Assembly: GCA_037445955.1 (NCBI GenBank)
Contig: JBBIJM010000005.1
Span: 1,693-65,692 of the forward strand
Direction of reading: 5' to 3'
Origin: Syntrophobacterales bacterium
GTDB lineage: Bacteria > Desulfobacterota > Syntrophia > Syntrophales > CAMTWB01
DNA length: 64,000 nucleotides
The position numbers were made by a program, and so were the translations under genes. How positions within the stretch are numbered: the first letter of the stretch is position 1; every line of letters starts with the position of its first letter. This document shows positions 1 to 8,774 of the stretch, piece by piece. The notes below the pieces were generated by a model. The model was not told the origin of the DNA and did no database searches. It saw only the letters and a program-made list of their open reading frames with translations.

Positions 1-18
1 CCAACATGGAATTCCCCC

Positions 19-48
19 TTGACAAGTTCTTGGCAATCTGAATATACA
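19..48 (+). promoter_or_regulatory. candidate sigma-70 promoter of the TetR/efflux operon
   Basis: TTGACA (19-24), 18-nt spacer, TATACA (43-48), just upstream of the ATG at 61. Consensus match by eye only. Confidence 0.45.
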
Positions 49-63
49 TTCATTTAATGAATG
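47..63. promoter_or_regulatory. 17-bp perfect palindrome CATTCATT-T-AATGAATG, candidate TetR operator
   Basis: Verified base by base. It overlaps the -10 region and the ATG of the TetR gene. A further half-site copy ACATTCA lies at 65-71. Confidence 0.5.
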
Positions 64-714
64 AACATTCAAAACGCTATGGTGGAGGATATGGGAAGGG
101 ATCAGAGGAAGGAGCGGGAATTCAATTTAAGGAGGGCGGCGATTCTCGACATCGCCGAGGGGATCTTTGCCGGTAAGGGCTATTTCGGAACCACCATGGC
201 GGAGATCGCCGAGGCCTCGGGTTTTGCCATCGGCTCGTTATATCAGTTTTTCGAAAGCAAAGAGGACCTTTATAAAACCGTCATCACCGAAAAGGTTCAT
301 CTGATGCAGACCAAGATCAGACAGGACGTATCCCGGGAGGAAACGTCCCCGGGAAAGATCCGGTCCCTGATCCATTCCCATTTTGATTTTGTACAGAGAA
401 ACGAGGGTTTTTTTACCATCCTCCTCCGTTGGGAGGGGATCTCCGAATCCAACGGGAAGAAGGCCCTTTTACAAACCTTACTGGCCAATCGGGAAGACTA
501 TCTTGGATTCATCGAAGAGATTCTCGCCTCGGGGATGGCGAGGGGCGAATTGAAGGAAGACAAGCCCCGGCCCATGGCCCTCGCTCTCCTGGGGATGATG
601 GATGCATTTGCCTTTGACTGGCTGATTGCCCCGGGTAAGGCATCCCTGATGACTTCGGTGCCCTGTGTACTGGCCTTGTATTTTAATGGGGTGAAAGGTC
701 ATGAAGTATCTTAG
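61..714 (+). CDS. TetR/AcrR family transcriptional regulator
   Basis: 217-aa ORF with an N-terminal HTH signature (RRAAILDIAEGIFAGKGYFGTTMAEIAEASGFAIGSLYQFFESKEDLY). Its end overlaps the next gene by 14 nt. An alternative start at 91 is possible. Confidence 0.9.
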   Translation: MNIQNAMVEDMGRDQRKEREFNLRRAAILDIAEGIFAGKGYFGTTMAEIAEASGFAIGSLYQFFESKEDLYKTVITEKVHLMQTKIRQDVSREETSPGKIRSLIHSHFDFVQRNEGFFTILLRWEGISESNGKKALLQTLLANREDYLGFIEEILASGMARGELKEDKPRPMALALLGMMDAFAFDWLIAPGKASLMTSVPCVLALYFNGVKGHEVS

Positions 715-2035
715 CCTGATAGTTATCTCAATCCTGGTGTTGTCCGCCGCGATTTGTCCGCTGCCGGAGGCTCACGGGGAAGACTGGAGGCCGCTTAACC
801 TCGATGAAACAATTGCCCTCGCCCTCGCCCGGAGCAACTCGATCCAGATGGCCAGGGAAGGGGTGAAGGAGGCGGCGGCCCAGAGGAAGGAGGCCTCGAC
901 CGCCTTTCTCCCCAAGTTGAGCACCTCGTACAGTTATACCAGACTCGATAAGACCCCGGCCTTCAACCTCCCCGGCTCACCGCCCTTGATTCCCCCCAGC
1001 ACCGTGGTGACCGGCACCACAGACAACTACAACTGGGCTCTCGAGGCCAGGCAGCCCCTCTTTGCCGGGGGTGGGATCAAGGCGAATTATGACGCCGCCA
1101 GACTCGGCCTTGAGGCTGCCCGGCTGGAGGAAGAGACGGTTCGTCTGAATATCGCCTACGAGGCCAAAGTCGCTTATTTCAACGCGCTTAAGGCAAGGCG
1201 GATCGCTGAGGTCGCCCGGCAGACCAGACAGCAGCTCCAAGCCCATCTCAACGTCGCCCGGAGCTTTTTCTTAGTCGGCCTGATTCCCAAGAACGATCTC
1301 CTCCTGGCGGAGGTGGAGGCGGCCGGGGGCGACCAGTTTCATCTCCGGGCCGGTCATGCCCTGGACCTCGCCCGGGCGAGATTCAACACCCTGCTTAGAC
1401 GAGAGATAGAAACCCCGGTCAATCTGACCGAAGTCCCCGAGCCGGAGGATTTAGATCGAACCCTCGAGGACTGCTTGAAGAGCGCCTTTGAAAATCGGCC
1501 CGAACTGAAGGTCCGGGAGCTGAGAACCAGACAGGCAAGAAGCTTGACGTCACTTGCCCGGAGCGAATTATATCCAGCGGTCTCGGTGGCCGGGAACTAC
1601 TCCCGCTTCGGTGACGATCTTGGGGTTTCGGGAAGCAACTACCGAAACCGGGAGAGCTGGCAGGTGACGGCCCTGGCCAACTGGAATTTCTGGGAATGGG
1701 GCAGAAGCCTTCACCGGATAGAACAGCAGACCGCCCGGGAAAGGCAGAGTTTAAGCAGCCTGAACAATCTTAAGGATCAGATTGTCCTTGAGGTTAAAAG
1801 CGCCTATCTCGAGCAGGATGAGGCGAAAAAGCAACTGGCCGTGTCCCGTCAGGCGATCACGAGGGCCGAGGAGAACTTGAGGATAAATAAAGAGCGTTAT
1901 GCCGAACAGGTGGCGACCTCGACGGAGGTCCTTGACGCCCAGACCCTCTTGACAAGAGTCACCTCGGACTACCACAACGCCCTCGGCGACTACCAGATCA
2001 GCCGGGCCAGACTGACCCGGGCTATGGGTCAATAG
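701..2035 (+). CDS. TolC-family outer membrane efflux protein (OMF 1)
   Basis: 444-aa ORF with a signal-peptide-like N-terminus and the two-repeat coiled-coil/beta-barrel pattern typical of TolC/OprM-type proteins. Confidence 0.85.
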   Translation: MKYLSLIVISILVLSAAICPLPEAHGEDWRPLNLDETIALALARSNSIQMAREGVKEAAAQRKEASTAFLPKLSTSYSYTRLDKTPAFNLPGSPPLIPPSTVVTGTTDNYNWALEARQPLFAGGGIKANYDAARLGLEAARLEEETVRLNIAYEAKVAYFNALKARRIAEVARQTRQQLQAHLNVARSFFLVGLIPKNDLLLAEVEAAGGDQFHLRAGHALDLARARFNTLLRREIETPVNLTEVPEPEDLDRTLEDCLKSAFENRPELKVRELRTRQARSLTSLARSELYPAVSVAGNYSRFGDDLGVSGSNYRNRESWQVTALANWNFWEWGRSLHRIEQQTARERQSLSSLNNLKDQIVLEVKSAYLEQDEAKKQLAVSRQAITRAEENLRINKERYAEQVATSTEVLDAQTLLTRVTSDYHNALGDYQISRARLTRAMGQ

Positions 2036-2043
2036 GGGCCGCC

Positions 2044-3243
2044 ATGAACCTTGCCCGGGGGAAAGGCAAAATATTTAACATGATCAGGAAACGGCCGATA
2101 AGATTGTTTGTGGCCTTGATGACGGGGATCCTTCTCGTTGCGGCCTGTGAAAACCGGGGCGGAAGGAATAGGGGAGGGAATCCCCCGGAGGCGGAGACGA
2201 AAGTCGCCCCGGCGGTGCCGGTAGAGGCGGTTGCGGTAAAAAGGGGCGAGCTGGCCCAGAGAGTCACCGGGGTGGGGAACATTACCCCGGAAAGAGAGGC
2301 CCATATCGGTTCGAAGCTCTCTGGCCGAATCGAGGAAATCTACTGCCGGGAAGGGGACATGGTGAACAAGGGGGATGTCCTCATTAAGCTGGAACAGAAG
2401 AATCACCTCCTGGCGGTAACGGGGGCCGAGGCCCAGCTTCTAATGGCCCAGGCCACGCATACCGAGGCGAAGGTAAATCTCGAGAATGTGGCCAGAGAAA
2501 AGGAGAGGTTAAACCGGCTCTATGAAAAGAGTGCCATCTCCCAGCAGAGAAACGACGACATAAACTCGGCCTATCTTCTGGCCGGAATTAAAGTCGAGCT
2601 GGCCCAGGCCAACTTAACCGGGGCGGTAACCGGTCTTGCTTCCGCCCGGGAACAATTGCAGGACACCCTGATCAGGGCGCCCTTCGCCGGGATTGTTGTC
2701 AGAAGATCGGCCAATTCAGGCGAGATGATAGCCGCGGGGATCCCGATTATCTCGCTTGTGGCGATAGACCGGGTGAAGCTCGAGGTGGATGTTTTGGAGA
2801 TGAAGATTACCCAGGTGAAGCAAGGGCTGGAAGGCGACGTAACCGTTGATGCCCTGGGATCCGGTATATTCAAGGGGAAGATAAGCGGGATAAACCCCCG
2901 GATAAATCCGCTGAACCGGACCTTCCGGATCGAGATTGCCATCGCCAACGATGGTCTTTTACTGAAACCCGGGATGTTTGCCCGCCTGACGATCAAGACG
3001 GAAACGTTGAAAAATGTTCTGATCATCCCGGCTAAGGCCATTCTCGAGGAGACGAAGGGATCGGGTTATGTCCTTCTGGTAAAGGATAACAGGGCCCTGA
3101 AAAGGTCGGTTAAGATAGGCCTTTCCGATGAGAATTTAGTTGAAATAAAAGACGGCCTCACCCCGGGGGATCTGGTAATAGTTGCCGGCAACTACGGTAT
3201 GGAAGAGGGGACGGCGGTTTCTTTCCGTCAGGTGCCCTACTGA
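2044..3243 (+). CDS. efflux RND periplasmic adaptor (MFP 1), lipoprotein
   Basis: 399-aa ORF with lipobox LLVAAC and HlyD/AcrA-like lipoyl and beta-barrel motifs (GDVLIKLE, IRAPFAGIVV). SD AGGGG sits upstream of the ATG. Confidence 0.85.
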   Translation: MNLARGKGKIFNMIRKRPIRLFVALMTGILLVAACENRGGRNRGGNPPEAETKVAPAVPVEAVAVKRGELAQRVTGVGNITPEREAHIGSKLSGRIEEIYCREGDMVNKGDVLIKLEQKNHLLAVTGAEAQLLMAQATHTEAKVNLENVAREKERLNRLYEKSAISQQRNDDINSAYLLAGIKVELAQANLTGAVTGLASAREQLQDTLIRAPFAGIVVRRSANSGEMIAAGIPIISLVAIDRVKLEVDVLEMKITQVKQGLEGDVTVDALGSGIFKGKISGINPRINPLNRTFRIEIAIANDGLLLKPGMFARLTIKTETLKNVLIIPAKAILEETKGSGYVLLVKDNRALKRSVKIGLSDENLVEIKDGLTPGDLVIVAGNYGMEEGTAVSFRQVPY

Positions 3244-3264
3244 AGAAGAACGAAACAGGGGGGT

Positions 3265-4554
3265 TTGATGCAAAGGGTTGGGGTTTTCCTTGCGGGGATG
3301 TTTTTTCTGCTGGCGGTACCCGGTCACCTGGAGGCCCGGGAGAAGGACTACGGTCTTGCGGAGCTCTTCAGGCTGGCTGCCGCCGCGGAGAAGATCAAGG
3401 TGGCTAAGGAGCAGGTATCCATCGCCGAGTTCGGCCGGGGCAAGGCCAAGGCTGCCTTGCTTCCCCGCCTTTCGGGTTCGGCGGGGGTAGTCAGGTTTAC
3501 GGAAAAGAAGCTGGTAGGCGCGGCGGTGGTACAGCCGGAATCCGCCGCCTCCTGGGGGGCAAGACTCGATCAGACCATCTCCCTTGGCGGGCGGGAGCTT
3601 GCCAATCTTTCCTTGGCCGACGAAAATATAGCCAAAAGCAGGCTGGATCAGGAACTTATAAAAGAGGAATACCTTCTTCAAACGGCCTTCTCCTATTTTG
3701 AAGCCCTCAAGGCCAACAAGTCCCTGGAGATCGCCGGCACCAATCTGGAGAGGTTGGGAAAACATCGCGAGGCCACCGTGAAAAGGGTCAAGCTCGGCGA
3801 GCTTACGAGAACCGCCCTCCTCCGGGCGGAAGGCGAACTCTCCGGCGCCCAGGCCGATTTCGTCCGGGCGAAAAACGGCCTGGAGATGGCGAGGAATCAG
3901 CTTGTCCGCCTGGTCAATCTGGAAGGGGATTTCCAGCTTCGGGAACCGGAGTTTCTCCTCAAAGAGGTCGTCCCTCTGGAGGAGGCCAAGGCGGAGACCT
4001 TAAGCAGGCGGATCGAGATAAAAAGTCTGGAGCAGCAAGGAAAGATAGCCGGACAGCAGGTCCGGCTGGCCCAAGCTGCCTACTGGCCCACTGTCAACCT
4101 TCAGGTGAGCTACTCGGGGCTGGATCAGAATCCCGCCGCCGCGACGACCAACCGGGAGGCCGTCTCCGCCGGGGCGAGTCTGACCTATCCCCTCTTCGAC
4201 GGCGGCTCAAGAAGGGCGGAGGTCGCCGAGGCCAGAGCGAGGGCCAGGCAGATAGACTTGAGCATCAAAGATGTAAAGAGGGCGATCACCGCGGAACTGG
4301 AATCGGTATATCTGGAGCTTGTCACCCAGCGGGGGATTCTCGATTTCAATCAGAATCAGTTGACCTTTGCCAGGGATAATTTCCAGGCGATAAGCAGACA
4401 ATTCGAGGTGGGACTCGCCAATTCGATCGACGTGATGGACGCAAACGCCCTCCTGGTATCCGCCGAGAGGAAGCTTATGGAGACAAGATACAATTACCTC
4501 TATTATTTTTTGAGACTGAAGAAGGTGATGGGGATGCCCCTTGACGGGCGGTAG
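3265..4554 (+). CDS. TolC-family outer membrane efflux protein (OMF 2)
   Basis: 429-aa ORF with a signal peptide (FFLLAVPGHLEA) and TolC-like repeats. It is a second OMF in the same operon. Confidence 0.85.
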   Translation: MMQRVGVFLAGMFFLLAVPGHLEAREKDYGLAELFRLAAAAEKIKVAKEQVSIAEFGRGKAKAALLPRLSGSAGVVRFTEKKLVGAAVVQPESAASWGARLDQTISLGGRELANLSLADENIAKSRLDQELIKEEYLLQTAFSYFEALKANKSLEIAGTNLERLGKHREATVKRVKLGELTRTALLRAEGELSGAQADFVRAKNGLEMARNQLVRLVNLEGDFQLREPEFLLKEVVPLEEAKAETLSRRIEIKSLEQQGKIAGQQVRLAQAAYWPTVNLQVSYSGLDQNPAAATTNREAVSAGASLTYPLFDGGSRRAEVAEARARARQIDLSIKDVKRAITAELESVYLELVTQRGILDFNQNQLTFARDNFQAISRQFEVGLANSIDVMDANALLVSAERKLMETRYNYLYYFLRLKKVMGMPLDGR

Positions 4555-4572
4555 AAACTAAGGAGCGATGAC

Positions 4573-5682
4573 GTGGGGAAAAAAGATGACGCAGCCGGCA
4601 AAACCCGGAGGTTTGGTTGTTTGATTCCGATCCTGATTGTTTTCCTGGTCTTTTCAGCCGGCGCCTGCACGAAGCAGGAGGAGAAGGGAAAGCCCCGGGA
4701 ACGAATCATCAACGTCAAGGTGGGGAAGGTGGAGAAAAAGGCCCATCGGCCTTATCTCGAGGCGGTGGGAACCCTCTCCCCTCTGGAGGAGGTAGTGGTC
4801 TCCGCCGAGGTGGATGGGATCATAAAAACCGTCCGGGTGGAAGAGGGGGCGCCGGTGGCCAAAGGGACGGTTATAGCGGAGATTTCCGATCGGGATTATC
4901 TCCTGGAGGCGAGCCGGGCGGAGGCCTCGGTGATGCAGGCCGAGGCGACCCAGGCTAACGTACAGGTGGAATATGAAAGAAAGGCGACCCTGCTTAAGGA
5001 AGAACTGGTAACCAAACAGCAGTATGACGATGTGTCAACGAGGCTGGCCTTGGCCAAGGCCGAGCTTGCGAGGGCCAGGGCCTCTTTGGCCCTGACGCGG
5101 GAAAGGCAGGCCAAAACGGTGATCCGGTCGCCCATCGACGGGGTGGTTAAAGAGAAGAGGCTCACCCCGGGAAGTTTTGTCCGAACGGGCATCCCGCTTT
5201 TTTCCCTGATTAAACTAGATCCGGTCAAGGTTGTCTTCTCCGTTCCCGAAAGGGAAATCGGGAAGGTCCGCAGCGGCCAGGAGGTAATTTTGAAGATCGC
5301 CCCCCTTCCCAACCGGGAATTTGCCGGGCGGATTTCCCTGATCTATCCCACCCTAGATGAGAGGACCCGCACCCTCAAGATCGAGGCCCTGGTCCCCAAT
5401 AAAGATCAGCAATTGAAGCCCGGCCTCTTTGCCGGCGTCGTCCTTTATACCGGCCCCGAGCGGGAGATGTTGACGATCCCCGCCTCCTCGCTCCTTTCGG
5501 AAAAGGAGAGGCAGCGGGTTTTTATCGTTGAGGAGGGTCTGGCCCGAATCCGGGAGGTCGTCCCGGGAATGACCTTCGGCGAGCGGATAGAGATCGTCTC
5601 CGGTCTTTCAGGCAAGGAGAGTCTCGTCGTCGCTGGCGGGCAGAATCTCATAGACGGGGTGAAGGTCAATGTGGCTCGCTGA
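4573..5682 (+). CDS. efflux RND periplasmic adaptor (MFP 2), lipoprotein
   Basis: 369-aa ORF. GTG start lies 8 nt after AAGGAG (4559-4564). Lipobox FSAGAC and HlyD/AcrA-like motifs (IRSPIDGVV) are present. Confidence 0.85.
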   Translation: MGKKDDAAGKTRRFGCLIPILIVFLVFSAGACTKQEEKGKPRERIINVKVGKVEKKAHRPYLEAVGTLSPLEEVVVSAEVDGIIKTVRVEEGAPVAKGTVIAEISDRDYLLEASRAEASVMQAEATQANVQVEYERKATLLKEELVTKQQYDDVSTRLALAKAELARARASLALTRERQAKTVIRSPIDGVVKEKRLTPGSFVRTGIPLFSLIKLDPVKVVFSVPEREIGKVRSGQEVILKIAPLPNREFAGRISLIYPTLDERTRTLKIEALVPNKDQQLKPGLFAGVVLYTGPEREMLTIPASSLLSEKERQRVFIVEEGLARIREVVPGMTFGERIEIVSGLSGKESLVVAGGQNLIDGVKVNVAR

Positions 5683-8600
5683 TTCGTCTATCCGTCGGCC
5701 GGTTTCGGCAACCATGTTCATCGTGTCCCTGGTGGTCCTGGGGATCATCAGCTATCCCGCAATCGGCGTGGACCTTTTCCCCAAGGTGGATTTCCCCATC
5801 GTCAATATTACCACCCAGATCAAAGGGGCAAGTCCTGAGGTCATGGACATCGACGTCACCGACCGGATAGAAGAGGCGGTAAACACGATAAACGGGGTTA
5901 AGTCGATAACCTCGGTAAGCACCGGCAGCGCCTCGATCGTAACGGTGGAATTCACCCTGGACAGGAACATCGATCTGGCCGCCCAAGATGTGCGGGAAAA
6001 GGTGTCTTCCATCCGGGCGAGACTGCCCAAAGATGTCGAGGAACCGGTTGTCGAGAAGGTCAATCCCGACTCCACCCCGATCGTCTGGCTTAACCTGGCG
6101 GGAGACCGCTCGATTCGGGATCTTTCGTCCTATGCCGACGAGATCCTCAAGGAGCGGATCCAAAGGATAAAGGGGGTCGGGGCCATCCGTTTGGGGGGGC
6201 TTAGACTCAGGCAGATCCAGGTGCTGCTCAATCCCGACCGGATGAGGGCCTACCAGCTCACCGCCGGGGACGTGATCCAGGCGCTCCAGCGGGAAAACAT
6301 CGAACTTCCCGGGGGAAGGATCGAGAATCCCTCCCGGGAATATACTGTCAAGATCAAAGGGGAATTCGCCCGGGTCCCGGAAATAAGCGGCCTTATTGTC
6401 GCTTATCATCAGGGCGCCCCGGTCAGGCTGGGTGAAATTGGCCGGGTCGAAGACGGAATCACAGATCAGCGGTCGATCGTCCGGTTCAACGGCATCCCGG
6501 CGGTGGGGATCGGGGTTCAGAAACAATCGGGGACAAATACCGTCGAGGTGGCAGGCGGGGTAAAGAGGGAGGTCGAGGAGATCAGAAAGAACCTTCCCCC
6601 GGGGATGGAGCTCCATGTGGCCTTCGATCAGTCGGTCTTTATCAAACGTTCTATTCAGGAGGTGCAGCATCACCTGATCCTGGGGGGGATCCTCGCGATT
6701 ATCGCCGTTTTGGCCTTCCTCAAGAACCTGCGGACGACCATGATCAGCGCCATCGCCCTGCCGGTGTCGGTCATCGCCACCTTTACGGTGATGAGGATGT
6801 TCGATTTCACCTTCAACAACATGACCATGCTTGCCCTTTCCCTTTCCATAGGCATCCTGATAGATGATGCGATCATCGTGATCGAAAACATCTACCGGCA
6901 CATCGAAGAGGGCAAGGAACCCCGCCAGGCGGCATCGTTTGCCACCCAGGAGATAGGTCTTGCGGTCATGGCCACCACCTTTGCCATCGTGGCGATCTTC
7001 CTTCCCGTTGCCTTTATGAAGGGGATTATCGGGCGTTTCTTTTTGCAGTTTGCCCTGACGGTGGTTTTCGCCGTGCTCATGTCCATGATTGTTTCCTTTA
7101 CCCTGACCCCGATGATGGCCGCCATGTTCCTCAAGAGAAAGGCGATCCCGGAGGGTCTTTCCGCCGGAGGGATCCCCCCGGTCAGGGGCGGTCGGATCAG
7201 CCGGATATCCCTGTCCTTTGAAGGCTGGTACCGGAGAATCCTGGGATATTCCTTAGGGCACAGGAATCTGGTCCTCCTTGCCGCCCTGGGGATATTTATC
7301 TTCGGTCTCTATATGACAAAATTCATCGGCAAGGAATTCATCCCCCCGGAGGACCAGGGACGGTTCATTGTGAGGCTGGAGGCGCCGTTAGATTCCTCGA
7401 TCACCAGGGCCGACCTCCTTTTCGCTCAAGCCGAAGAAATGGTCAGGAAGATGCCCGAGGTGAGCTCGGTTTTTTACGCCCTGGGATTCGGCGTCCGGGG
7501 GGAGGTCAACCGGGCGAACATGTTTGTCAATCTGATTCCCAAGAGGGAGAGGAAACGAAACCAGGAGGAGATCAAGAAGGTTCTAAGAAGACAGATTAAT
7601 CAGATTCCCGGGCTCCGGGGAACGGCGGAGGATATCTCCCTCGTCGGTGGCGGGTTAAGGAACGTCCCGATCCAGTACAATATACGCGGGACGGATCTTG
7701 AGGCCCTCCAGGTATATGCCAGGGAGATAAGCGACAAGTTAACCGCCGTTGCGGGGGTCGTCGATGTGGATACTTCGTTTGAGAAGGGAAAACCGGAGCT
7801 CCAGGTGCTGATAGACAGGAACAAGTCCGCCGACCTCGGGGTAAGCGTGGGGAGCATTGCCGAGACCATCAATATCTTGATCGGCGGCCAGGCGGAAATA
7901 ACCAAATACAAAGACGAAAGCCGCGGGAGACGGTACGACGTCCAGGTTCGCGTCTCCCCGGAGCATAGGCAAAAGGCCGATGATCTGGGGCGCCTGTTTG
8001 TCCGCTCCCGGGACGGGCGGCTGGTGGAGCTCGCCTCGGTGGTTCGGGTCATAGACGGGGTAGGACCTAGCGTCATCAACCGGGCGGACCGGCAGCGGGC
8101 CGTCACGATTTTTGCAAGCCTGGAAGGCAAACCCCTGGCGGAGGCGATGGGAGAACTGGACAACATCGCCGCAAATGTTCTCCCCGTAGAGTTTTCCACC
8201 GGCTACAAGGGGATGGCCGAGACGATGCACGAATCCTTCCGCTATCTCCTCTTTGCCATCCTCCTCGGAGTGGCGATTGCCTACATGATCCTGGCCGCCC
8301 AGTTCGAAAGCTTTCTCGATCCCCTGATCGTTCTTATTTCCATGCCCCTTTCCCTGATCGGGGCCTTCGGGGCGCTTTTGATATCCGGTCAAACGATCAG
8401 CATCTTCAGCCTGATCGGACTCATCCTGCTTATGGGGCTGGTTAAGAAGAACGCGATCTTGCTTGTGGATTATACCAATGTCTTAAGGTCCCGGGGGATG
8501 TCCCGGCGGGAGGCCATTTTGACCGCCTGCCCGGTGAGGCTCAGGCCGATTTTGATGACCACCTTTGCCATGGTCGCCGGGATGATCCCGGTGGCCTTCG

Positions 8601-8770
8601 GGATCGGAGAAGGATCCGAGACCCGCTCCCCGATGGGAATTGCGGTGATCGGCGGGCTGCTCACCTCTCTGTTCCTTACCTTGCTCGTGGTGCCTGCGGC
8701 CTATGAGTTCCTTGATGATATTAAGCAGTTTGCGGGGAGGCGAGGGAAGAAACCAGTTCCTAAAGATTGA
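5669..8770 (+). CDS. RND efflux permease, AcrB/HAE-type (RND 1)
   Basis: 1033-aa ORF with 12-TM RND architecture and conserved N-terminus (RRPVSATMFIVSLVVLG...FPKVDFP). It overlaps the MFP 2 stop by 14 nt. Confidence 0.92.
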   Translation: MWLADSSIRRPVSATMFIVSLVVLGIISYPAIGVDLFPKVDFPIVNITTQIKGASPEVMDIDVTDRIEEAVNTINGVKSITSVSTGSASIVTVEFTLDRNIDLAAQDVREKVSSIRARLPKDVEEPVVEKVNPDSTPIVWLNLAGDRSIRDLSSYADEILKERIQRIKGVGAIRLGGLRLRQIQVLLNPDRMRAYQLTAGDVIQALQRENIELPGGRIENPSREYTVKIKGEFARVPEISGLIVAYHQGAPVRLGEIGRVEDGITDQRSIVRFNGIPAVGIGVQKQSGTNTVEVAGGVKREVEEIRKNLPPGMELHVAFDQSVFIKRSIQEVQHHLILGGILAIIAVLAFLKNLRTTMISAIALPVSVIATFTVMRMFDFTFNNMTMLALSLSIGILIDDAIIVIENIYRHIEEGKEPRQAASFATQEIGLAVMATTFAIVAIFLPVAFMKGIIGRFFLQFALTVVFAVLMSMIVSFTLTPMMAAMFLKRKAIPEGLSAGGIPPVRGGRISRISLSFEGWYRRILGYSLGHRNLVLLAALGIFIFGLYMTKFIGKEFIPPEDQGRFIVRLEAPLDSSITRADLLFAQAEEMVRKMPEVSSVFYALGFGVRGEVNRANMFVNLIPKRERKRNQEEIKKVLRRQINQIPGLRGTAEDISLVGGGLRNVPIQYNIRGTDLEALQVYAREISDKLTAVAGVVDVDTSFEKGKPELQVLIDRNKSADLGVSVGSIAETINILIGGQAEITKYKDESRGRRYDVQVRVSPEHRQKADDLGRLFVRSRDGRLVELASVVRVIDGVGPSVINRADRQRAVTIFASLEGKPLAEAMGELDNIAANVLPVEFSTGYKGMAETMHESFRYLLFAILLGVAIAYMILAAQFESFLDPLIVLISMPLSLIGAFGALLISGQTISIFSLIGLILLMGLVKKNAILLVDYTNVLRSRGMSRREAILTACPVRLRPILMTTFAMVAGMIPVAFGIGEGSETRSPMGIAVIGGLLTSLFLTLLVVPAAYEFLDDIKQFAGRRGKKPVPKD

Positions 8771-8774
8771 TCCT

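Noticed and set aside
5666-6901. Long antisense ORFs inside well-supported genes: 5666-6901, 7739-8392, 11541-12296, 15112-15864, 16307-17218, 18433-19248, 20231-21289, 31095-32147, 35802-36374, 38499-39437, 44745-45419, 49535-50227, 50723-51526, 53080-53661, 55202-55843, 56970-57704 and 58609-59322.
   Set aside because: All lie opposite or out of frame to genes with clear family signatures. Their translations are Arg/Pro/Gly-rich low-complexity strings, typical of open antisense frames in GC-rich DNA. None has a plausible SD or a family resemblance.
8703-8774. N-terminal extensions in the ORF track: RND 2 (8703), rpoN (38430), hypB (60828), xerD (32101), hemW (49811), recJ (26844), hisS (19230), ptsN (40696), TPR (33074), M23 (43481) and coaBC (43472).
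   Set aside because: Each extension overlaps the upstream gene or a predicted promoter. An internal start with a good SD, or with a homolog-matching N-terminus, exists in each case, and I used the shorter coordinates.
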